Origin: an uncultured bacterium
GTDB lineage: Bacteria > Babelota > Babeliae > Babelales > Babelaceae
NCBI GenBank assembly: GCA_963713855.1
Contig: OY970209.1
Span: 288,001-352,000, forward strand
Direction of reading: 5' to 3'
Length of the DNA stretch: 64,000 nt
This document shows positions 31,814 through 42,225 of the stretch, one piece after another; position 1 is the stretch's first letter; the number at the start of each line of letters is the position of its first letter. The position numbers and the translations under genes are program-made. The notes below the pieces were generated by a model. It saw nothing but the letters and a program-made list of their open reading frames with translations. It had not been told where the DNA came from and made no database searches.

Positions 31814-32039
31814 CGCCTACGCGGCGAGCGCTCATGAGCCTGTGCACAGGCTTTATGACCCTTGACCCTGTGCTTAAACTTTTTATGGTTATTTAATATA
31901 CCAGAAAGGGAATCCCTTTCTGGTATATGTGCTAATGAGATAGGCCGGGTTTACCGGTCTATCTCATACACAATAAGTATGTAACATGCAAAACAAGCAA
32001 CAGGTGCAGGACAATGTCCTGCCGCTCGCCGCGTAGGCG
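31814..32039. other. Branched palindromic element (structured ncRNA or MITE/REP-like DNA element)
   Basis: Perfect 17-bp terminal inverted repeat enclosing four hairpins and an inner long-range stem. Confidence 0.6.
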
Positions 32040-32081
32040 TATCCTCATTCATATTTCAGCACAGAACCTAGAAAAATGAGA

Positions 32082-33350
32082 TCAAACGTTCTTTAAAAAA
32101 AGTATTAGCTCACTTTGAGGCACTTTGGTTGTAGTCGACTTTCTCATATCTTTGACGGTAACGAAATTTCCGGCTTTTTCATCACTACCAATTAAAATAG
32201 CTGTAGCAGCCTGCATGCTATCTGCTTTTCTGAGCATACTCTTGAGTGATTTTCCCTCTAAAAAGGGCTCAGCACGAAGCTGATGCGCATGTAGCTCATC
32301 GGTTAGAAGTAAGGCAAGTTCTACAGTGTTTTCATCCATTGGTAGAATGCAGTGCAATGGTAGCACAGGCAAAAGCGTTATAGGTGCGTTTTCTAGCAGT
32401 AAAAGTACACGCTCAACACCAATAGCGGCACCTAAGGCGGGATAGTCTCGTTCACTTTCTATCTGACGAGCGAGTCCATCATAGCGACCACCGGCGCAAA
32501 AAGCATTCTGTGCGCCAAGACCACCTACACTTACAAACTCAAAGACAAGCTTATTGTAATAATCAAGACCACGAACCAAAAATGGCATCAACGTATATGA
32601 AACAGAAAGCAGATGGAGAAGGTTCTGTATAGACTGCCATTCCTTTTTACAGGAACTACAAAGAAAATCAGTAATAACTGGGGCATTTTTTAAAAAGTCC
32701 TGGCATTCAGGATTTTTGCAATCTAGAACGCGAAGCACATTTGACGTACTACGCGTGGCACACACGTCGCACACTTTCTGAATGTCTTTTTCCAAGAACG
32801 CCTGTAAAGCACTTCTATAAGAAGCTCTATCATCTTGACAGCCTAAAAAATTGATGAGTAGAGCATAGTCACTGAGCATGAATTGTTCGCTAAAAAGCCG
32901 ATCAAGCATCATGAGAAAATAAGCATCCTGCGCTGCAGTAGCAGGGACATCTGGCGAGCCTATGAGCTCAATACTCACCTGGTAAAACTCACGATAGCGC
33001 CCTTTTTGTGGGCGCTCATGCCTGAACACGGGACCATACGTAAACACTTTCCACGGCAGGTTTGTCGGATTACTCATAAGAAATGCACGCATGATCGAAG
33101 CAGTAATCTCAGGGCGAAGCGTCAATTGTTCATCACCGTCTTCTTTAGCTGATCTTACGAAGTACATCTCTTTGGTAACAATGTCCGTTTGATTACCGAC
33201 AGCGCGCTGAAAAAGTTCTGCTTTTTCAATAAGTGGCGTAATTATTTCTTGAAAATTGTAATATACAAGATGCTTTTTTACCTTTTCTACCAAAAAATTA
33301 CGTAAGCTGAGGTCAAAAATGTCTTGTGTGCCTTTAACACGCGTAAGCAT
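32082..33350 (-). CDS. hisS: Histidyl-tRNA synthetase
   Basis: RVKGTQD, LRPEITAS, FRHERPQKGRYREF, LVRGLDYY, GGRYDGL. Confidence 0.97.
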   Translation of the reverse strand: MLTRVKGTQDIFDLSLRNFLVEKVKKHLVYYNFQEIITPLIEKAELFQRAVGNQTDIVTKEMYFVRSAKEDGDEQLTLRPEITASIMRAFLMSNPTNLPWKVFTYGPVFRHERPQKGRYREFYQVSIELIGSPDVPATAAQDAYFLMMLDRLFSEQFMLSDYALLINFLGCQDDRASYRSALQAFLEKDIQKVCDVCATRSTSNVLRVLDCKNPECQDFLKNAPVITDFLCSSCKKEWQSIQNLLHLLSVSYTLMPFLVRGLDYYNKLVFEFVSVGGLGAQNAFCAGGRYDGLARQIESERDYPALGAAIGVERVLLLLENAPITLLPVLPLHCILPMDENTVELALLLTDELHAHQLRAEPFLEGKSLKSMLRKADSMQAATAILIGSDEKAGNFVTVKDMRKSTTTKVPQSELILFLKNV

Positions 33351-33460
33351 AAACTGCTCTTTCTTTTTTTTCGATGTTTTTTCTTAAGAATTTCTTGTAT
33401 ATTTTAATGTAGCATGCTAGAAAAAAATAAAACTCTACCTGCGTAGCGGGAGCGTACTTC

Positions 33461-34912
33461 ATGGATAATACTATGCGAAGAATCCTTTTACTTGCACTAG
33501 CCTTCATTGGTTATGCGCAGGGACAGCAACGAAGTAAAACGTTCCTTTCGACACCTCCTCCGTTTAGATCGGGAACCCCGATGCGCGAATCCCTCTTACG
33601 CTTTCCCTTTGACGATTGCCTCTCATTTCTACAAATAGTGCCATTTGGAGGCCATTCCACAAATCCTGAAGACATTGCTGAATTTTTCTTACCCTCAGGC
33701 AAATCTACACTCCTTGCAGCAGAAGATTTAGCCTCCGGCAGTAGCCGGAGAGACCTATCAGCAGCTCATTTTAACATAAAAACCATAACTGGTAAATTTA
33801 AAAGCGATCTCATCTTTAAAGCTTCGCATCAATTTTCCGGGGTTGGTATTGCCTACAGACAACAGCTATCTAAACACTGGTGGGCAGAAATTGCAACGCC
33901 CTTTTTGCACGTTGAGCAAACATTTAAGTTTGATGAGCGAATACTTGATACGGGCGATGGTCCGGTACGAGAACTCGGACTTGATAATAGCCCTCGAGTA
34001 GGATGCATGACAAAGGCATTTAAACAAGATAATTGGCGCTTTGGTAAGATTGATAAAACGAAAGAGCTAGTCAAAGAAGGGTTTGCAGACCTTGAGCTAA
34101 AAGTAGGATATCAAGCTCGAGCAGATGATATACTACGGTTGTATGGATACGCAGGATTCGTGTTTCCTACCGGTAACAGACCCTGTGGCCAACACGTTTT
34201 TGAACCAATGATCGGCAACAATGGCCATTTTGGATTTTTATATGGTTCACATATTGGCATAAGTACATGGTGCCGCGATGATCATGAGCTTTCACTCGCG
34301 ATTGATTTTAACACTCGTTACCTTTTTAGAAATCACCAAATCCGCTCTTTTGACTTAAAAGATAAAGAATTTGGTCGCTATATTGAAACGTATAAAGATC
34401 CCTTCCAAGCCGAGCTTGCATCAACCACCCAAAATCCAGATTCAGGAACATCTGGTATTAACGTTTTTACACAACCAGTCAAGGTATTTCCCGGTGTCTC
34501 TTTATCTGTGCTTAGCGCTATGATCTATACGTATAAGCAGCTTATACTTGAGCTAGGATATTTCTTCTTCGCCCAACAAGCTGAAAGGGTTGAAGTGCCA
34601 TGGCAAAGAACATCAGCCGTTAAAGATTCAGCAGGCCTCGGGCAAACCAATAGAGCACGCACGATAAAGGATGACTTTGAAAAATCTGCGCTACCTATCG
34701 ACGACTACCAGCCTCTTGTGCCTAGAGACATTGACGCAAATTCACCTGCTAGCCCAGCACTATTGACGTATACCGCGTATATAACCATCGGTTACTACAT
34801 CTGGGAAGGTGACTACCCGGTCTTGCTGGGCCTTGGAGCTTCTTACGAAATAGCCGCAAGCAAAGGCATTAACCAGTGGGCGACCTGGGGTAAAATAGCT
34901 GTTCAATTCTAA
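33461..34912 (+). CDS. Putative outer-membrane beta-barrel protein (paralog 1)
   Basis: Signal peptide, alternating beta-strand pattern, C-terminal WGKIAVQF beta-signal; clear paralog of 37369..38859. Confidence 0.7.
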   Translation: MDNTMRRILLLALAFIGYAQGQQRSKTFLSTPPPFRSGTPMRESLLRFPFDDCLSFLQIVPFGGHSTNPEDIAEFFLPSGKSTLLAAEDLASGSSRRDLSAAHFNIKTITGKFKSDLIFKASHQFSGVGIAYRQQLSKHWWAEIATPFLHVEQTFKFDERILDTGDGPVRELGLDNSPRVGCMTKAFKQDNWRFGKIDKTKELVKEGFADLELKVGYQARADDILRLYGYAGFVFPTGNRPCGQHVFEPMIGNNGHFGFLYGSHIGISTWCRDDHELSLAIDFNTRYLFRNHQIRSFDLKDKEFGRYIETYKDPFQAELASTTQNPDSGTSGINVFTQPVKVFPGVSLSVLSAMIYTYKQLILELGYFFFAQQAERVEVPWQRTSAVKDSAGLGQTNRARTIKDDFEKSALPIDDYQPLVPRDIDANSPASPALLTYTAYITIGYYIWEGDYPVLLGLGASYEIAASKGINQWATWGKIAVQF

Positions 34913-35045
34913 TCCCCATCTGTACAAAAGAATTAACCTGGGTATTTAATTAATCATTTCTTGACAAGAAGTACTATTTTTTTGTTTAATTAATAATAAA
35001 CATTAATGAAATTTTTAACAAAAAATGATAGTAAAAGGTCCTTTA

Positions 35046-36272
35046 ATGAACAGATATCTTTTGGGCATAGTTCTATTTCTTGCCTCTGCGTGCACGACTT
35101 TAAAATCTCAGACACCGGAAGAAAAAGCAGCAGCCTACCACTCGATTTATCAAGTATTGGAGCTAGCAACAGAAACTAACCGGCCATTGCTCAACACGTT
35201 GGGGCAGATGTATAGAGAACTTCCAGTCACGACTCCGCAAGATGAAAAATCCAAAAAGCAAATAGCAAAGGAATTCGAAGAGAAATTCCATATGTCTATA
35301 GACCTATTTCCTATACGAGCTGCAGGCTTTTTTGACAAAGATTCATACAAAGCTATAGTGCAATCAGTACTCGAGGCCAATATCGAGTCAGTACCACAGG
35401 CTTTATATGAGGCGCTTAATAATCCAAAAGAGGCCGATAAAATAATACGTAACGCATTTATATCACTTTCTGATGCTTTTAATACCTATAAAAGGCTAAA
35501 AGACGCTCAAGAAGATCTCATTGATAAGGCGCAAAAGCAGCTCAGTGAGCTTGAGTCAAAGTATCCCGCACTTTCAAAGCTAAACGATGCCATTAAGAAA
35601 AAATTTGATCAAACATATATTTTTGAAGCCGGCCTTCTGCGTCCATTTGCGCCGATACCTGTCGGGGATCTTGCCGCCTACATAATAGAAGAGTATAACG
35701 CAGTTACTCAAGCTATGCGTCAAGAAAAATCAGAATCCAGGCGAGCATCTTTTATAAGCGAGATTAATCCCATTCTTGGCTTAAACGATGTGCTAAGAAT
35801 CGCCTTCTGGCTTACGCAATACGAGGCACTTAAAAAACCAAGCCTTCCTGCACTCTCTCAAGCATTGGGGAGATTTAAAGAAAGATTACAAACCGAAGCG
35901 ATCCCGCTCGTAGACTTCTATCAATCATCTTTAAGCAGAGAAGAGCATCGAAATCTTCTAGAGCTTTTAGAAAAGACACTTGCTGATCGAATTAAGGATA
36001 TTCTTCAACAGAAAGAAACCTTCTGCCTCAAAGGGGAATGTATGAATCTTCCTGTAGGTCTTGAAAATCTCATATATTACCTAGCTCGTTATGCTTCTCT
36101 ACAAGGCCCTAAAGACGTACTTCTTGTAAGAAAAGCACTTAAATATATTAATAAAGTGTTAACGTCACCTGACTCAACAGATGTCGATGCGTTGCTGGTA
36201 CCTTTTGTAAATTCTTGGGATCAATTGCTTGAAAAGATGCAAAGTCAAGCGCGTCGTAATAGACCGACTTAA
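35046..36272 (+). CDS. Secreted helical hypothetical protein
   Basis: Signal peptide (possible lipoprotein, LASAC); helical composition. ORF-track start is 35025. Confidence 0.7.
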   Translation: MNRYLLGIVLFLASACTTLKSQTPEEKAAAYHSIYQVLELATETNRPLLNTLGQMYRELPVTTPQDEKSKKQIAKEFEEKFHMSIDLFPIRAAGFFDKDSYKAIVQSVLEANIESVPQALYEALNNPKEADKIIRNAFISLSDAFNTYKRLKDAQEDLIDKAQKQLSELESKYPALSKLNDAIKKKFDQTYIFEAGLLRPFAPIPVGDLAAYIIEEYNAVTQAMRQEKSESRRASFISEINPILGLNDVLRIAFWLTQYEALKKPSLPALSQALGRFKERLQTEAIPLVDFYQSSLSREEHRNLLELLEKTLADRIKDILQQKETFCLKGECMNLPVGLENLIYYLARYASLQGPKDVLLVRKALKYINKVLTSPDSTDVDALLVPFVNSWDQLLEKMQSQARRNRPT

Positions 36273-36302
36273 AACAGTTAAATAAGGGAAAACCTGAAGA
36301 CC

Positions 36303-37181
36303 ATGTCAAAAAGTATATTATTGGCTAGTATTTTAGCAGGGCTCATTTCAGCATATAGCTATGGGCTAGACAACCCTGATTCTTTGTATTCAGCGGGGTT
36401 AGCAGGAGCTAATCCCCATAAGGATCCCTGGGGTCAAATGAAAAACTTTTTAGGCATAACATGGAATTTCTTACCCGAAAACACCAGAATCCAACAAGAA
36501 GTAAAAACGAGCTATGCTCGCATTTATAAGACGAAATATGGGCAGGATCCAGTGGACATTGAGTATTCTATTCCTGCTTCTGCAAACATGAAAAAGGTAT
36601 GCACACGCACCATAGAAAAATGTCAACGGTACGGCAATAAGCTGATGGCTGAAAATAGCGCATTAAAAGATACGTTTAATGAACAAAAAGCGAAGTTCGT
36701 CGCAGTGGAAGCTGAATTGAGCACCTTAAAAAGGCACTGCAGTGAAAATGAAGCTGAATACGAAAAAGCTCAAAAAACCCTGCAGGAAGAACGGGAACAA
36801 TGTAAGAAAGACATCGATGCCATTCAGCAAGGATACGGTACACTTGTCGCTTACAGGAATGCTTTTAGAGAAAAAGAAAAAGATCTTACAGAAAAAATGA
36901 ACACTTTTATTTCCATACGCTACGGCACCTGTGCTCTCACAGAAGAGCTTAAAATATGCCAAAGTGAGCGCGAAGAATCGCTCCAAAAAGTGGTTAAAGA
37001 TCTTGAACGCTTGGTTCCGCTCATTAAAGAATCCGCAACATCGCTCCGAAAAGCAGTTAATGAAACAATTGGTATAGATTTCGAAATACCTATACAAGTC
37101 AGAGTTGGAACTATTACCTATACTCTTACAGCAATAATGCGTGAAATTCAAGGCCACGTAGAAAGCAATAGGCCTGAATAA
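36303..37181 (+). CDS. Secreted coiled-coil protein
   Basis: Signal peptide; long heptad-rich E/K region. Confidence 0.7.
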   Translation: MSKSILLASILAGLISAYSYGLDNPDSLYSAGLAGANPHKDPWGQMKNFLGITWNFLPENTRIQQEVKTSYARIYKTKYGQDPVDIEYSIPASANMKKVCTRTIEKCQRYGNKLMAENSALKDTFNEQKAKFVAVEAELSTLKRHCSENEAEYEKAQKTLQEEREQCKKDIDAIQQGYGTLVAYRNAFREKEKDLTEKMNTFISIRYGTCALTEELKICQSEREESLQKVVKDLERLVPLIKESATSLRKAVNETIGIDFEIPIQVRVGTITYTLTAIMREIQGHVESNRPE

Positions 37182-37368
37182 AAGCTTTATTAATTACAAA
37201 ATACCTCAAGTACAGCTCTTTTCTTTGCAATTTCAATATTAGAAATGTTTCTTCAATAAACTCACATCAGTAAGTCTTAAATTTGACTCCACTTTAGTAA
37301 AAATTAGAGTTAAGATGAGAATCCAAATTACTGTTGATGGTGTTTTCAAATTACGAAGGAGAGTTTCT

Positions 37369-38859
37369 ATGCGTACACGTCTTCTACTTGGCTTGCTGAT
37401 AGCGACAAGTGGCGGTAGTATTTATGCCTATCATTTTTCGGGGCACAGCTTTTTTACTATAAGAACCCCTTTTCAAACAGCGTCTCCTGAAAAAGAAGCT
37501 CTTTGGCACTATGACATGCTTGATCGTGAAGACGGTATGTGTGGCAGCTTTGAAATAGTTCCTTTTGGTGGTAGAACGCTTGGGCATGAGCTCGGTCACT
37601 TCTTTGCGCCTCGAGGAGAAAGGCACTTACGTGTTGTAGAATTCAAGGAAGGCGTATCCTCTTCGATGAGTGACGTAAAAAGAGAAAGAGACCTTGAAGC
37701 TCGGCATTTTAATATAAAAACACGTTCCACTACAAGCACGTTTGAAAGTGAACTCGAATTACATCCCCATCAATCGACCGTAGGCGTAGGCCTTGCTTAT
37801 AGGGGTAGAGCATGGGGTCCTTATTGGGTAGATATTTCTGCGCCTGTAATGAGGGTAAGAAATAAATTTGAACTCAGAGAAAATATTAAAAACTCCGGCG
37901 GTGGTGCTGACGACTCAAAAGGTCTTGAAGGAGAACCTCATTTTGGATCGATCAAAGATGCTTTTAATAGTAAGGGCATGAGATTCGGTAGAATCGATGA
38001 TCGTGAGCATGAAAAGTGGGGACTCGCCGACATTGAGCTCAAAGTCGGCTGGGATGCTTATAACAATGGTGAAACGCATTTCAGGTCATACATTGGTGGC
38101 GTAATACCTACTGGCAACAAGCCACATGAGCGGTTTTTATTTGCACCAGTTGTGGGTAATAACAGACACTGGGGCGTCATGTTTGGAGGCAATTTCGGTT
38201 TTGTAATCTGTGCTTATGGCGATCACCTTATCAGACATGAAGTTGATACACAAGGAAGGTATCTCTTTCCTAACGACCAAGTGCGCTCCTTTGACCTAAA
38301 AGATAAGCAGTGGAGCCGCTACATGGAGGTCTATGCCGGAAAAGAGGAAGCTGAAAGAGCCGCTCAAAATAAGGACGCAAATTCTGGAACTTTCGGTATT
38401 AATGCTTTTACAACCCATGTAAGAGTAAAGCCTCGTTTTGCAACCACCTTTAACACAGCGTTCATTTACGAGTACTGCAACTATCTCCTCGCTGAAGTTG
38501 GTTATAACTTCTATGGTCGCCAAGGTGAGTCTGTAGAATTTAAACATCTCCCTCATCTTGCTCTTAAACACGTTGAAGGTAAGGGATTAACAACGCGTTC
38601 ACGCACAATAGGACAGAATTTCCATAACGACAAGATTCCTCTTGATGAGTTTAAGGTGATAAGTCGCAGGGATATTGACGAAAACTCAGCGGCTCACCCA
38701 CAAGTCATCGCTAACACAATATATGGCGCGTTTGGGGTTCGCTGCAAAGAATGGAGATGGCCAACCACATTCTCTATCGGCGCCTCTTATGAGTTCTCCC
38801 ATAGCAACGGCGGACTACGACGCTGGCAAGTGTGGGGTAAAGCCGCAATTGATGTATAA
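37369..38859 (+). CDS. Putative outer-membrane beta-barrel protein (paralog 2)
   Basis: Shares IVPFGG, HFNIKT, AD.ELKVG, PTGN.P, RSFDLKDK and GASYE blocks with 33461..34912; AAGGAG RBS before ATG 37369. Confidence 0.7.
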   Translation: MRTRLLLGLLIATSGGSIYAYHFSGHSFFTIRTPFQTASPEKEALWHYDMLDREDGMCGSFEIVPFGGRTLGHELGHFFAPRGERHLRVVEFKEGVSSSMSDVKRERDLEARHFNIKTRSTTSTFESELELHPHQSTVGVGLAYRGRAWGPYWVDISAPVMRVRNKFELRENIKNSGGGADDSKGLEGEPHFGSIKDAFNSKGMRFGRIDDREHEKWGLADIELKVGWDAYNNGETHFRSYIGGVIPTGNKPHERFLFAPVVGNNRHWGVMFGGNFGFVICAYGDHLIRHEVDTQGRYLFPNDQVRSFDLKDKQWSRYMEVYAGKEEAERAAQNKDANSGTFGINAFTTHVRVKPRFATTFNTAFIYEYCNYLLAEVGYNFYGRQGESVEFKHLPHLALKHVEGKGLTTRSRTIGQNFHNDKIPLDEFKVISRRDIDENSAAHPQVIANTIYGAFGVRCKEWRWPTTFSIGASYEFSHSNGGLRRWQVWGKAAIDV

Positions 38860-38878
38860 GCCACTTATAAGGTAATTT

Positions 38879-38914
38879 AAGAAAGGTCAGCTAAAAAAGC
38901 TGGCCTTTCTTTTT
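38879..38914 (+). terminator. Intrinsic terminator
   Basis: AAGAAAGGTCAGCT-AAAAA-AGCTGGCCTTTCTT followed by Ts. Confidence 0.7.
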
Positions 38915-38938
38915 AAGATGCATTTTCCAGGGGCTAGT

Positions 38939-40387
38939 ATGTTCAAAATAAAGCTGACTCTTTTTCTCATATGCGCACTTTTAATAAAACCTTCACATGC
39001 AATGGAAGACTCTCATAAAAAAGCCACTAAAAAGTTATTTATTGCAGCGGCCAACGGCGACATTGAAAAAGTCCGAGAAGCATTACAAGAACAAGCTGAC
39101 GTAAATGCTGCCAAGAAAAATGGCCACACCCCTCTATTCTATGCAATACTTTACAATGAACCAGAAGTAGCTCGGATTCTTCTTGAAAATGGTGCTTTAC
39201 CTAACGTGCGAAGTAGAGGTACCTGCTGGGAAGTTAAAGGATCTACGCCTCTTCAGCACGCAGTTAATAGAAGAGAACCAAACAGAGCACTGGTTGAGCT
39301 TTTGCTCGCACATGGAGCTGATGTTCTTGCCCAAGATGACGCTGGGGACAACGCTTTAACGTATGCCATACGATCTTTCACCCCATTAGAAATACAGCGA
39401 CTACTTTTAGTAGCAGGTGCTGAACCAAATCAGCAAAACAGATATGGTGAAACTCCGCTTCTCTTTTCTTCTAGAGAAGGTCAGTCAGAAACGGTAAGAC
39501 TCCTTTTAGAATTTGGTGCGCATCCTGATATCCCTGACAAATCGGGCCATTTTGCTTTATCTGAGGCCGCTTATGGAAAAATAATTGGACGCTTCCTAAG
39601 AAATGCATGGACACTTAGTAGCGATGAACGTGAGGCAATAGCTATTGCACTTCTTGAACATGGAGCAAATACCACTATGATAACGAGCGAATCCGAACTT
39701 GAGGCCAACAGATGCCTAAGGCCTCACATGTTAGAACTGCTACGCGTGTACGGAGCGGACATTGAAGAATCATCCAGAGCTCAATTAACCGAAATAGAAC
39801 AAGAAAGAATTGATACCCTTCTTGTAACCAGACACCGACCTTTGCTATTAACAACATTCTTACGTAACGCTGCTTCGAGAGGAAATTTAGAAATATTTAG
39901 CCTATCATTTGCGCAGGTCAGTCCGAAATCAGAACTCATAGTAGAGCTTTTCTTAAAAGCTGCTTCAAGAGGACATGTGTCAATACTTAATTTTTTGTCC
40001 AATAATGAGAATATTGATATTAGAAGCATCCTAACACCCGAAGCTTTATATCAAGCACTTTTGCGCGCTTCTGTAAACGGACACAGTGCAGCGGCGCGTT
40101 TTATTCTAGAATTTAACTTCGAGCATGTTCGAATGATGGATGTGAACATCGTAAGAAGAGTCAATTACCTACTTCACAGTTCATGGCCCAGCGAGCAGCT
40201 GAGTAATGAGTATGTGATCATACACGCTTTACTTCTCAACCATCAACAGAGAAGGCTTGAAAGTGTTCTTGAAGCCTTTCAACCAAACAATACTGTCCCT
40301 CGAGACACGCCTAGCGAGGCAATGCTTCCAATTCCTGATCTAGAAGAACAAATACAACAAATGCATATTGGTTTACCATTTGAGTAG
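38939..40387 (+). CDS. Secreted ankyrin-repeat protein
   Basis: Signal peptide..HAMED; GHTPLFYA, GSTPLQHA, GETPLLFS ANK repeats. Confidence 0.88.
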   Translation: MFKIKLTLFLICALLIKPSHAMEDSHKKATKKLFIAAANGDIEKVREALQEQADVNAAKKNGHTPLFYAILYNEPEVARILLENGALPNVRSRGTCWEVKGSTPLQHAVNRREPNRALVELLLAHGADVLAQDDAGDNALTYAIRSFTPLEIQRLLLVAGAEPNQQNRYGETPLLFSSREGQSETVRLLLEFGAHPDIPDKSGHFALSEAAYGKIIGRFLRNAWTLSSDEREAIAIALLEHGANTTMITSESELEANRCLRPHMLELLRVYGADIEESSRAQLTEIEQERIDTLLVTRHRPLLLTTFLRNAASRGNLEIFSLSFAQVSPKSELIVELFLKAASRGHVSILNFLSNNENIDIRSILTPEALYQALLRASVNGHSAAARFILEFNFEHVRMMDVNIVRRVNYLLHSSWPSEQLSNEYVIIHALLLNHQQRRLESVLEAFQPNNTVPRDTPSEAMLPIPDLEEQIQQMHIGLPFE

Positions 40388-40408
40388 CGGATTTTACCTA
40401 ACAGAGAA

Positions 40409-41512
40409 TTACGAGAACCTGATTGGTCTGTATAACTGTTTTATCGATAAGAGAGCGGCGATAATTGTGGCATACATAAGAAACTGTGCTGCATGTCGAG
40501 GGTTTTCCTTAGCCAGAGAAAGTAATATAAAAGGGGCTGATGCTATCCCGAATAATGTTCCAAGCGCCCCAGCAATCTTCAAAGTTTTTTCAAGAGGATA
40601 ATAGTGGCAACTGTCATTCGCATAATAGAGCCCCTTTTGGTGGCAAGTAATAATTTTTACAATCTCCTTTGCGTTTTCAGAAGAATCTTTTGATAACTCA
40701 CCTGAGCTTACTCTTTCTATTACATCATCAGTAATTTTAGCGCCTTGTGATAAAAGAAAATTGACCATAGCGGGACGCCTAGCTGATATTGCTGTATCAA
40801 GAGCTGAAAAATCATCTTTGTCCTTAACATTGATCTCTGCTCCACTATCAAGAAGAAGTTTTGCCATTTTGATTCTTCCACTACCTGCAGCTACAGAAAG
40901 AGCGTCTTCTTTCAACATTGTCCTCTTTGTAACATCTGCATTATGCTTCAACAACCACTCAGCTGCAGCTAATTGACCTTTTTCGGCCGCTACCATCAAA
41001 GCAGTTTTGCCACACCTGTTCAAGCTATCAATAGCTACGCCCAAATCTAAAAGCACTTCAAGGACTCGTATATTACCGCTTGCTGCAGCCAAAAGCAGAT
41101 GATTCTGAAGGTGAACTTTGTATTGTTCCGTTCCTTTTGGGTATAACTCAATGTTTTCCAAGGTAGCCTTTAAAGGCTCTTTTAATGTTCCCTGCACCTG
41201 AGGGTAAATTTTCATTAGTGGACAAGACAACAAAATTTCGTATTGCTTCGTCGCGTCAGGATACGCCCCGCTATCTTCATATGAAGTCTTTTTGAGCTCT
41301 TCTCGTTCATTAGGTAAAGCACTGGATTCGCCTTCGGTATAGACACCATCATCACTTGTGCCAGGAACATTTGTAACTAACTGCTCATTACTGGGTGGAA
41401 GCGCTACCGCAGTATTTGAAGAATCAGTGAGTGCTTCATCATAAGCACTTACTAGCACGCAATTGTTTAAGAGAAAAAATAACGCGTAAAGCACAGTGTA
41501 GGTAATGCGCAT
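40409..41512 (-). CDS. Secreted ankyrin-repeat protein with C-terminal TM hairpin
   Basis: GKTALMVAAEKG, GAEINVKD; two C-terminal hydrophobic helices. ORF-track start is 41569. Confidence 0.85.
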   Translation of the reverse strand: MRITYTVLYALFFLLNNCVLVSAYDEALTDSSNTAVALPPSNEQLVTNVPGTSDDGVYTEGESSALPNEREELKKTSYEDSGAYPDATKQYEILLSCPLMKIYPQVQGTLKEPLKATLENIELYPKGTEQYKVHLQNHLLLAAASGNIRVLEVLLDLGVAIDSLNRCGKTALMVAAEKGQLAAAEWLLKHNADVTKRTMLKEDALSVAAGSGRIKMAKLLLDSGAEINVKDKDDFSALDTAISARRPAMVNFLLSQGAKITDDVIERVSSGELSKDSSENAKEIVKIITCHQKGLYYANDSCHYYPLEKTLKIAGALGTLFGIASAPFILLSLAKENPRHAAQFLMYATIIAALLSIKQLYRPIRFS

Positions 41513-41866
41513 TCTTAATCCTTTTTTTAAGAACTTATTTTTTATCATGATAACAATAATATTATACAAATTGCAATATTTATATCTGGTGCTTCTAGCA
41601 CAACGTCGTTATCGACTTGCACCAATATGTTAATTTTTGACTTATACCTAACTTTTTTAAATACTTGTCATGACTTCCCACACTTAGAGCTATGAAATCT
41701 CAACATTCCTGCTCATTTTTACCATTACGAGAGCAAATCCATCGAGATCCCACTCAGATTTCAGTATCTTTTTTATTATAATTTGAAAATTATTGACTTT
41801 ATTTTATATAATTTTTTACATTGAGGTAAAGGGATATCAAAACCACCTTAAAGTAGGAGACTACAT

Positions 41867-42205
41867 ATGAAGACATTTTTATCAAGAATTACCTTATCTT
41901 TAGCACTTATTGGAGGCTGTTGCACCATGTATGCTGGCTTGGTCGATTCAGCAAAAGCTTGGCTTGAAAGACAAGGCGTCAATGTTTCTGACATAGAACG
42001 TGCTACCGGTTATGGCAGATCTGATGAAGCTTCAAGAGAGAAATTCAGAAGAAGAATGGATCCAAGGGTTCGCGTGGGGCACTGGAATGATGTTATAAGA
42101 GCTTTTAGAAAGTGTGGCCCTGCTGATAACAGCGAGACGATGGAATGGGCTAAGCGTAACCTTGAAAGAGCTGAAAAAGCTGAAAGATTCGTATCTCGCA
42201 GATAA
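41867..42205 (+). CDS. Small secreted protein (paralog A)
   Basis: AGGAG RBS, signal peptide, WNDVIRAFRKCGPADNS motif. Confidence 0.75.
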   Translation: MKTFLSRITLSLALIGGCCTMYAGLVDSAKAWLERQGVNVSDIERATGYGRSDEASREKFRRRMDPRVRVGHWNDVIRAFRKCGPADNSETMEWAKRNLERAEKAERFVSRR

Positions 42206-42225
42206 TTTTCCAGAAGGAAAAATAT

